Shown here: positions 7,263 to 14,550 of the stretch, in pieces
Layout of the letters: each line of letters opens with the position of its first letter
How positions within the stretch are numbered: the stretch's first letter is position 1
Assembly (NCBI GenBank): GCA_042217555.1
Contig: JBDGSL010000061.1
Span: forward strand, 1-18,855
DNA: 18,855 nt
Direction of reading: 5' to 3'
From: Candidatus Nanohalobium sp.
Lineage (GTDB): Archaea > Nanohalarchaeota > Nanosalinia > Nanosalinales > Nanosalinaceae
Made by a program: the position numbers and the translations under genes
Notes under the pieces: model-generated
What the model was told of the DNA's origin: nothing
Databases searched by the model: none
What the model saw: the letters and a program-made list of their open reading frames with translations, nothing else

Positions 7263-7270
7263 TTTTAAAG
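7263..7270 (+). promoter_or_regulatory. TATA box for minD paralog 1 (leaderless)
   Basis: TTTTAAAG, 25 nt upstream of ATG 7296, with no SD. Confidence 0.5.
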
Positions 7271-7295
7271 GCTGGACTGTAATCTTCTCTATACA

Positions 7296-8063
7296 ATGAC
7301 CCGGTTAGTATGCGTGAGCAGTGGCAAGGGAGGGGTCGGAAAAACCACGACCACAGCAAATATAGGAGCAGCTTTAAGCCAGTTTGGTGCTGATACTGTT
7401 GTACTTGACGCCAATCTCACCAACCCGAACTTGGGCTTCCACATAGGTATACCGCTGTATCCCAAGACGCTGCACGACGTATTGAAAGGCGACGCGCATA
7501 TAACCGAAGCAATGTACATCCACGACTCCGGTCTCAGGGTAGTTCCTGCCGGTTTATCCGTTGAAGACCTGAGGGATACTTCTCCTGAGAACTTGAGTGA
7601 CGTTCTTCTTGACACGGTCGGGGAGCCTGACTTCGTACTTGTTGACTCTGCCGCAGGACTTGGAAATGAGTCGATCAACGCTATCGAGGCCTCCGACGAA
7701 GTTCTTGTCGTCACCAACCCTAACCTTCCGGCAGTGACGGATGCGTTGAAGACTGTTAACATCGCTGAAGAGGCAGGCACGGATATCTCGGGAGTAGTTC
7801 TTAACATGGTTAAGGGACACGACTCCGAGCTGGATAAGGAGGAAGTGGAGTCTATGATAGGTTACGAAGTCCTGATGGAGATACCGCACCACGAGAAGGT
7901 TGAGGAAGCTCTATCTGCGAAAAAACCGGTTGTACATCATGCACCTGATCATCATGTCTCCGAGCGTTTTAAAGCGGTAGCAGCTGATCTAGCTGAACTT
8001 GACTACGAACCTGATCTTCAGGAGGAAAGCTTCTTCCAGAGTATACTGAAGAAGTTCAGGTAA
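7296..8063 (+). CDS. minD: MinD/ParA-family ATPase, archaeal MinD paralog 1
   Basis: Deviant Walker A SGKGGVGKTT (K11, K16), VLVDSAAGLG, VVTNPNLPAVTDA, GVVLN, and a C-terminal amphipathic membrane-targeting helix SFFQSILKKFR. Confidence 0.93.
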   Translation: MTRLVCVSSGKGGVGKTTTTANIGAALSQFGADTVVLDANLTNPNLGFHIGIPLYPKTLHDVLKGDAHITEAMYIHDSGLRVVPAGLSVEDLRDTSPENLSDVLLDTVGEPDFVLVDSAAGLGNESINAIEASDEVLVVTNPNLPAVTDALKTVNIAEEAGTDISGVVLNMVKGHDSELDKEEVESMIGYEVLMEIPHHEKVEEALSAKKPVVHHAPDHHVSERFKAVAADLAELDYEPDLQEESFFQSILKKFR

Positions 8064-8111
8064 GTTTCTTACACCTGGTTTTTTATTCGGGGCCTGGGTA
8101 ATACCTAGTTG

Positions 8112-8873
8112 ATGACCCGCATCATCTCTGTAGTATCCGGTAAAGGAGGAGTAGGTAAGACAACAGTCACAGCCAATATCGGCACAGAACTGGCAAGACA
8201 GGGAGAGGACGTACTTATTATAGACGGAAACTTCTCCGGAGCCAATATCGCACAGCACTTCGGACTTGGATTCCAGGAAGTATCGCTTAACGACGTACTG
8301 GAAGGCCAGGCCTACATAACGCAGGCCGTAACCAAACACAGTGAAGGAGTATCCGTACTGCCAGCAAGCATACTCGACTTCAACGCCGACGCGGAAAAAC
8401 TCAGGCACGCCATTGTAGACTTCCTCGGAGACAAAGACTACGTGTTTATAGACACGGCTGCAGGGATAGGAGAAGAAGTAGAAGCAGGAATAGAGGCAAG
8501 CGACGAAGTACTCCTGGTCGCCGAACCCGAAATACCGGCACTGACCAATGCCCTCGGCGCCAAAAAACTGGCCGAACAGATGGACAGAGAAGTACTTGGA
8601 CTTGTACTGAACAGTGTAAGAGGAGAACAGTCCGAAGTAAGCACAGAAGACGTTAAAGAACTTGTCGGAACAGAGATAATAGGACAGATACCGGACCACA
8701 AACACGTTAGAGAAGGAATAGCACTGAGAGAACCGGTAGTAAGCTACAAACCCAAGTCCCGGCCAGCAAACCGTATAGAAGACCTGGCACACAGAATAAA
8801 AGGAGAGGAACCACCACAGAGAGGGTTCCAGGACAGACTGGCCGAAAAAGTCAACGACCTGGGACTTTTCTAG
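8112..8873 (+). CDS. minD: MinD/ParA-family ATPase, archaeal MinD paralog 2
   Basis: SGKGGVGKTT, FIDTAAGIG, VAEPEIPALTNA, GLVLN, C-terminal GFQDRLAEKVNDLGLF. ATG 8112 is collinear with paralog 1. TATA-like TTTTATT at about 8081-8087. Confidence 0.92.
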   Translation: MTRIISVVSGKGGVGKTTVTANIGTELARQGEDVLIIDGNFSGANIAQHFGLGFQEVSLNDVLEGQAYITQAVTKHSEGVSVLPASILDFNADAEKLRHAIVDFLGDKDYVFIDTAAGIGEEVEAGIEASDEVLLVAEPEIPALTNALGAKKLAEQMDREVLGLVLNSVRGEQSEVSTEDVKELVGTEIIGQIPDHKHVREGIALREPVVSYKPKSRPANRIEDLAHRIKGEEPPQRGFQDRLAEKVNDLGLF

Positions 8874-8936
8874 ATTTCCTACCCTGCTCCTATTCTTGCC
8901 AAAGAAGTTAAATCCTGTCTCTTCAAAATTACAGGT

Positions 8937-9455
8937 ATGACTGACTTGAAGCCATACGAGCAGTATCTGTGGAGTCCGAAAAGGTCTGAGTACGAAGCGA
9001 ATGAAATACCTGATGATATTGACTGTATCTTCTGCGCCCAGAAACAGGGTGATGACAGGGTTTCCTATCTTCCTGTGTACGAGGACGACTTCCTTATGGT
9101 GGAGCTGAACATCTTCCCGTACAACACAGGCCACCTGATGGTTGTTCCGAAGAGACATGTCAACGACCTGACAGAACTGGAGGACGAGGAACGCAACCGG
9201 TTATTTGCGATGGTCCAGAAAGTAGAGAAACTTCAGAAAGAAGTGGTAGACCCCGCAGGGATCGACATAGGAATGAACATAGGGAAAGCAGCAGGAGAAT
9301 CCATACCGCACCTCCACGTACAGCTAGTTCCGATATACGAAAAAGATCGGGGCTTCATGGAAACCAGTCTCGACACCAAGGTCATGAAAAAATCACTTCC
9401 AGACATGCAAGAAGAATACAGGGAGAGAAAGGATATACTTGAGGATTACTGGTGA
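8937..9455 (+). CDS. HIT-superfamily nucleotidyl transferase/phosphorylase (HxHxQ variant)
   Basis: CIFC Zn site, LNIFPYNTGHLMVVPKRH, GMNIGKAAGESIPHLHVQLVP. BRE/TATA-like AAAGAAGTTAAAT at 8901-8913. Confidence 0.9.
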   Translation: MTDLKPYEQYLWSPKRSEYEANEIPDDIDCIFCAQKQGDDRVSYLPVYEDDFLMVELNIFPYNTGHLMVVPKRHVNDLTELEDEERNRLFAMVQKVEKLQKEVVDPAGIDIGMNIGKAAGESIPHLHVQLVPIYEKDRGFMETSLDTKVMKKSLPDMQEEYRERKDILEDYW

Positions 9456-9461
9456 GAAAAG

Positions 9462-10790
9462 ATGGCGAACTTCTTCCACGCATACGACCTGAGAGGTACT
9501 TACCCGGATGATATAGACGAGGAAACAGCCGGAAAAGTAGGAAAGGCCTACGGCACATTCACCGACGCAGAAACAGTTCTTGTAGGCAGAGACGGCAGAA
9601 AACACGGTGAAAAGATAACAAGAGCTTTCATCAACGGTGTAAACTTGACAGGTACAGATGTAGTCTCTGCTGGCATGGTACCTAGTCCTGTTGTCTACTT
9701 CGGACAGGTTGACAACGGTTTCAGTTCTGCTGCTGTAGTAACGGCTTCACATAACCCTCCTGAGTACACAGGTTTCAAGTTCAACCTTGAAGATGCGTTG
9801 GCTATGTCCCGAGACGGAGGGATGAAAGATATAGAGGATCTGTACAGATCTGAGAGCTTTGATACAGGTGCAGGAACCGAGAAGGAAGTAGATCTGATCG
9901 AGGACTACATAGAAGCGGTGAAGGACAAGATAGGTGAGTTAGGCCTTGAAGTCGTTATCAACTGTGGGAACGGCGTTACCGGCGTCCTCGCGAGGGAACT
10001 CTTCGAGGCGCTTGGCTGTGATGTTAAGATGATAAATGAGGAGGTTGACGGCGGTTTCCCGAACCATCTGCCGGATCCGACGAACAAAGAGGCGCAGAAA
10101 GAGCTTGAAGACGTTATGTCAGATGAAGACCTCGGCATAATATTTGACGGCGACGGTGACAGAGCAGGATTTGTCCTGCCTGGTTACGGCTACATAGGGG
10201 GGGACGAGGTTATTGCTTTGCTTGCTGAGAGGTCTCTTGAAAGAGAAGAGGGCAAGGTCGTCCATGATCTCCGTGCTTCAAAGCTTGTACCGGAAAAAAT
10301 CAGGGAAAACGGTGGTGAAGCAGTTGAAAGCCGTGTAGGCCACACCTTTATCTCTGAAATGATCCATGAAGACGATGATATAGTTTTCGCCGGTGAACTC
10401 TCAGGTCATTTCTACTTCCCGGCCTTTGACTTTCCATGGGACGACGGGCTTTTCGCAGGTGCGGTGATGGCAGAGATAGCCTCAGAAGAGGACCTGGCAG
10501 GGAAGTTGGAGGATTTCCCTGACTATCCTGTCTCACCGGAAGTCAACCTTGACTGCCCCAACGGGAAAAAAGAAGAGGTGATGGAGAAGGTCGCCGAGGA
10601 GTACTCTGACCATGATACATCTACGAAAGACGGTGTCAAGATACATTTCGACGGGGGCTGGGCGCTGGTCAGGCCTTCAAGCACCGAACCCAAAGTCAGA
10701 CTGAGATGTGAGGCAGACACCGAGGAAGAACTCGACAGAATCCTGGAAGAAGTAGAGGGAAAGACCAGAGAATTAATAGAAGAAGCTTGA
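9462..10790 (+). CDS. Phosphoglucomutase/phosphomannomutase
   Basis: FHAYDLRG, VGRDGR, phosphoserine motif TASHNP, metal loop FDGDGDR, sugar loop GELSGH and phosphate loop RPSSTEP. SD GGTGAG overlaps the HIT stop codon. Confidence 0.96.
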   Translation: MANFFHAYDLRGTYPDDIDEETAGKVGKAYGTFTDAETVLVGRDGRKHGEKITRAFINGVNLTGTDVVSAGMVPSPVVYFGQVDNGFSSAAVVTASHNPPEYTGFKFNLEDALAMSRDGGMKDIEDLYRSESFDTGAGTEKEVDLIEDYIEAVKDKIGELGLEVVINCGNGVTGVLARELFEALGCDVKMINEEVDGGFPNHLPDPTNKEAQKELEDVMSDEDLGIIFDGDGDRAGFVLPGYGYIGGDEVIALLAERSLEREEGKVVHDLRASKLVPEKIRENGGEAVESRVGHTFISEMIHEDDDIVFAGELSGHFYFPAFDFPWDDGLFAGAVMAEIASEEDLAGKLEDFPDYPVSPEVNLDCPNGKKEEVMEKVAEEYSDHDTSTKDGVKIHFDGGWALVRPSSTEPKVRLRCEADTEEELDRILEEVEGKTRELIEEA

Positions 10791-10791
10791 A

Positions 10792-12042
10792 TCAGTTTAT
10801 CTCTGCTGTGAAGGCTCCTGAGGAGATAATATCTCCCATCCCAACAAGCCTCTTTGGTTCTTCGTGTATGAGAGTGGGTACGGCGACGACCTTGTAGCCT
10901 TCCGGCCGGGCTATACCTGTCTCGGTGAAGTCTTCCAGGCCGAAGAAGTCCTCGAAGTGCTCCAGTTCATCCAGTTTCCTGACATGCATGTTTTCTCTTT
11001 CAAGCTCCACGTCTTCCTTCTCAGGTATTCCTCCTGTTTCCGCCATGGAGGCTGCAGCTATGCCTGCGTAAAGCAGGCTTTCACGCATCTTCTTGTCTCT
11101 TACACCGTAATCTCCGTCAGTGACCACGGACTGGAATTCCTTGGTGTGTACATGCACACGTTTAACGCCATACTCTTCTATAAGCTTCTTTGACACTGAA
11201 TACGCTTCTCCCAGGCTTGGCTCATCTTCAACTTCTTCTCCCATTATGTCTGCTGCTTTCACCAGTTCAGAGCTGTCAAGGCCTACACTGGTGAAGTAAG
11301 GCAGCAGTTCTTCCATTATAGCTTTGTCTCTGTCCTGGGAGGATGATACGAACTCGAGGTGTTTGGGGATGTGAAGCTTCCTGAGCTGTTTCTCTGCTTT
11401 CCTGATCTTTGACTTGAAGTTTCCTTCTGCGTCGTGGAACCCGGAAAGTATTGCTCTGTCGATCTCTTCCTGCAGCTGGCTGAACCTGTCCTCGACCCCT
11501 TTCCTGAAGTACGGCCCGAACCCTCTGAGACTGTCAGAAAGTATCAGGCGTCGAGACTCTTCTTCAAACTCTATTATGTAATTTTTCTTCGTTCGATCGG
11601 AGTTCACGGCGTCTTCTGTCCTTTTAAGCTTTAAGCTATCTTCTACCTCGGGGTAAAGCACTTTTTCATCCAGTTTTTCCGCCAGTTCTGTTGAGAGGAA
11701 CGGTGTGTAGATGACACTGGTATGACCCAGACCTGTGAGAAAGTTGGACATTATACCGGCTTGTCCACCTATCTGTTCCTCTCCATCTATTTCAGGGTCA
11801 AAGCTTCTTGAATCCACTTCTATATTAGTGTCACAGTCGCGCACGTATTTCAGTACTTTCTTCAGGTCTTCAAAACTGCTTATTTTTCTCATCTCCTCTG
11901 GTTTCACGTCTTCCAAGTCTATATCTGTGTCTTTGAACCTGGTGGATATGTCTATGTTGGCGTTGAATCCTAGAAGTATCTCTGAGTTGAAGTCTTCTTT
12001 CTCCGCTGCCTTGCCGTACATCCTCAGCCATCTGTCTTTCAT
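10792..12042 (-). CDS. ADP-dependent glucokinase/phosphofructokinase
   Basis: GFNANID, IGGQAGIMSN, ILSGFH, HLEF, SVGLDSSEL, RVHVHT and the catalytic anion hole VGMGDIISSGAF. ATGA overlap with tpiA. Confidence 0.93.
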   Translation of the reverse strand: MKDRWLRMYGKAAEKEDFNSEILLGFNANIDISTRFKDTDIDLEDVKPEEMRKISSFEDLKKVLKYVRDCDTNIEVDSRSFDPEIDGEEQIGGQAGIMSNFLTGLGHTSVIYTPFLSTELAEKLDEKVLYPEVEDSLKLKRTEDAVNSDRTKKNYIIEFEEESRRLILSDSLRGFGPYFRKGVEDRFSQLQEEIDRAILSGFHDAEGNFKSKIRKAEKQLRKLHIPKHLEFVSSSQDRDKAIMEELLPYFTSVGLDSSELVKAADIMGEEVEDEPSLGEAYSVSKKLIEEYGVKRVHVHTKEFQSVVTDGDYGVRDKKMRESLLYAGIAAASMAETGGIPEKEDVELERENMHVRKLDELEHFEDFFGLEDFTETGIARPEGYKVVAVPTLIHEEPKRLVGMGDIISSGAFTAEIN

Positions 12043-12668
12043 AGTCCTTCACACAGCTCTTCTACTTTTCCTTTTACATTTTCTGATTTTATGACTCCTG
12101 AAGCGATTAGAACTCCTTCACATCCAAGTTCTATGCTTTTTTCAACGTCTTTAACTGTTTTTATGCCTGCACCGGTCAGAACATCTACATTACCTGATCT
12201 TTCTACGGCTTTTTCTATCAGCTCGGGTCTGGCTGTGGAGACTGCGGTTTCTCCTCCTATCAGTTCGGGTGGTTCGAACGCTATGTAGTCGGGATCGAAA
12301 TCTGAGTACTTCTCACACTCGTCAGGGTTCTGGGCGCAGACAACCGAGGTCAGATCTTTCTCTCTGCATTTTTCAACTGCTCTGTGTATTTTATCCGGTT
12401 CTATCCTTCTCTCTGAGTGGTTTATCAGTGATCCTTTTGCTCCTGCCTGTTTCAACGCTTTTACCTGGTTTGAACCTGTGTGGCTTCCGGTTTTCACTCC
12501 GTCTACGTGCTGGGCGAAGACTTTCAGTTCTGTGCTCAGTCTGTTGAGGTCGGCAGTCTGCGGCGCTACTACGACTTCTCCATCCGCTGCCTCCTCTATT
12601 TTCTCCGTTATTTTACCGGCTTCTTCACCTATAGCTTCTCCGTACGCTTTGTAGTTCACTATCAGCAT
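12039..12668 (-). CDS. tpiA: Triosephosphate isomerase, archaeal type
   Basis: IVNYKAY, FAQHVD, GSHTG, LINHSERR, IAFEPPELIG, LTGAGI and GVLIASG. Confidence 0.97.
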   Translation of the reverse strand: MLIVNYKAYGEAIGEEAGKITEKIEEAADGEVVVAPQTADLNRLSTELKVFAQHVDGVKTGSHTGSNQVKALKQAGAKGSLINHSERRIEPDKIHRAVEKCREKDLTSVVCAQNPDECEKYSDFDPDYIAFEPPELIGGETAVSTARPELIEKAVERSGNVDVLTGAGIKTVKDVEKSIELGCEGVLIASGVIKSENVKGKVEELCEGL

Positions 12669-12671
12669 CTG

Positions 12672-14441
12672 TCAATTTTTCACCTCGATATCTAGATCAG
12701 GTTCGTTAAGTATTTCGACCTCTCCGTTATTAACTTTCATGTCGATCTCCGTCCCTTTTACCTTCTTGGACTTTCTTGTCGCGGAGATGTTCTCGGCAGG
12801 TTCAATAACTACTCTGTCTCTTTCCACTTCTATGCCCAGGAGATAACTGTCCACAACGTGTACAAACATTCCTGCACTCCAGGCCTGTTCGCTGCAGCCT
12901 ATTACACGGCCTGTCTCTGCGTCCATGACTTCGGGCAGGGCTCCTGGCTGATCTATGTCAAGGAACTGTGTCATCCTCTCCAGCAAGTTCCTGCCGTGAT
13001 CGCTGTTGCCGTAGTTCAGGTTGGCTGCAGCAGCCCAGCAAGTCGTCAGACCCCATACAGAGCCTGTGTGGTAACCGGAAGATTCGTAGCCGGGATCAGC
13101 GACCGACCTTGTCCGCGTACCGTAACGTGATGAAAACTCTCCGTTAAGCTTTTCAAGGTATTTTTCAGCTTCTTCCTGGCTGAACTGGTTGAACATCAAA
13201 GATACAGCAGGATTAACTGATTCAAAGTCTTTTCCAAGATTATCTGCCACGTATTCTTCTTTCTTGAATTTCTGAAGTCCTTCTCTGAGTTTTCCTGTTT
13301 CCAGACTGTATTTTTCCAGTGCCTCTATCCAAAGGCTCTGTATGTCCACTGCGTTTCTCCTTTCAAGTGTGTCCATCCAGGTGCCTTCAGGATCGTGTTT
13401 CACGACTTCTTCTTTCGGCCTGTTCTCTTCCAGCAGTTCTTCAGCCTTCTTTTTCAGCTCCGGTGCTTCTGCGTGTCGATCTAGCTTTTCCACTGCCAGT
13501 GCAAAAAGCGGTATGCTGTCGCTTCGTGGGTAATCTGTTTCCTCGCCTCCTGCTGCTCTGATCTTGGAGGGGAAAACATCTCTATCTGCGAAGTTCTGAA
13601 GCAGTCTCCGGGTTTCCTCGAACATGCCGGCATCTACAAGTCCGAGTGCGGTCCAGAAACTGTCACGAGCCCAGTAGTTCTGGAACCAGGGATGACCTGC
13701 GATTATACCTGGGCCGTTGGAGGAGTAGAAAAGGTTTTCCATACTTTCAAGACAGCAGTTAAATGTTCTTCCAAGTTCAGGGTTTTTCAGAGAGCTTTCA
13801 GAACTTTCTACGGAGAAAGAAGGACTTCCATCAGTCTTGAAGATTATTTCGGCCTCTTCGGTTTCACCGGGTTCAAGTTCGGCCTTCAGAACTATCTCTC
13901 CAGGCACCAGGCAGACCTGTTTCTCTCCAGGATAGTGCTCTCTGGTGTAAGGCTCTTCTTCAAACGTGAAGCGGCTGCCTGATACTGCAATATATCTTTC
14001 GTCCTTTGATATCTTCATACCTGCGTTGCTGGACTCTATACTGTATTCTCCTTCCGTTATATCTCTGTCTCTAGGTCTTATGTCTATACCTGTCTCCACT
14101 GACAGCCTGACGGCCTTTCTCTCTTCCGTCTTGTTCTTCAGTTTCCAGGTTGACCTGAAGCCCGGCATGTTGTCCGGAGCTTCTATCTTTTGTTCTACTT
14201 TCAGGCTGGCTGTACTATGGTACATGGTGAGTTTGTCGCTGTAGCAGGTCTCTTCAAGTGTCTCACTGTTAAGCCATATTCCATTGACTTTTGAAGCAAA
14301 GTAGTCCAGATACTTGTATGATGGTTGCCAGTAACCGCTCCACTTCTGGCTGAAACCTCCGTCAAGATCCATGAACAGGAAACCATGTGTGTTCGAGACC
14401 ACACCCCTTCTGTCGCTCTGTTCACGGAAACGGTACTCCAT
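12672..14441 (-). CDS. Amylo-alpha-1,6-glucosidase (glycogen debranching enzyme, GDE_C/GH133-like)
   Basis: IIAGHPWFQNYWARDSF, GTWMDT, YHTGSVW, GALPEV and GCSEQAWS are (alpha/alpha)6 GDE C-terminal motifs. Has an N-terminal beta-rich domain and no signal peptide. Confidence 0.88.
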   Translation of the reverse strand: MEYRFREQSDRRGVVSNTHGFLFMDLDGGFSQKWSGYWQPSYKYLDYFASKVNGIWLNSETLEETCYSDKLTMYHSTASLKVEQKIEAPDNMPGFRSTWKLKNKTEERKAVRLSVETGIDIRPRDRDITEGEYSIESSNAGMKISKDERYIAVSGSRFTFEEEPYTREHYPGEKQVCLVPGEIVLKAELEPGETEEAEIIFKTDGSPSFSVESSESSLKNPELGRTFNCCLESMENLFYSSNGPGIIAGHPWFQNYWARDSFWTALGLVDAGMFEETRRLLQNFADRDVFPSKIRAAGGEETDYPRSDSIPLFALAVEKLDRHAEAPELKKKAEELLEENRPKEEVVKHDPEGTWMDTLERRNAVDIQSLWIEALEKYSLETGKLREGLQKFKKEEYVADNLGKDFESVNPAVSLMFNQFSQEEAEKYLEKLNGEFSSRYGTRTRSVADPGYESSGYHTGSVWGLTTCWAAAANLNYGNSDHGRNLLERMTQFLDIDQPGALPEVMDAETGRVIGCSEQAWSAGMFVHVVDSYLLGIEVERDRVVIEPAENISATRKSKKVKGTEIDMKVNNGEVEILNEPDLDIEVKN

Positions 14442-14464
14442 GACTACAGATACCGTGTTCCTCC

Positions 14465-14525
14465 TATAAAACCTGTTTCATGGCACTCCAGGGTGGCAAC
14501 AACTATACTGTCAAAGGGTTTTATA
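14465..14525. promoter_or_regulatory. Back-to-back divergent promoters for the debranching operon and the glycogen synthase operon
   Basis: Identical GGTTTTATA boxes in inverted orientation (14465-14473 on minus, 14517-14525 on plus). Each has a purine-rich BRE and lies 23-25 nt from its ATG (14441 and 14551). Confidence 0.7.
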
Positions 14526-14550
14526 CTGCGGCTTCCCCATAGGATATCTT

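Noticed and set aside
7989..9158. 389-aa antisense ORF across minD2 and HIT
   Set aside because: Shadow frame: F/V/Y/C-rich, no motifs, not acidic like the real proteins, and explained by the codon bias of the sense genes.
14474..14516. Canonical TrmB/TGM operator
   Set aside because: The palindrome does not match TATCAC-N5-GTGATA or the haloarchaeal TACT-N7-8-GAGTA motif. It is kept only as an unassigned candidate.
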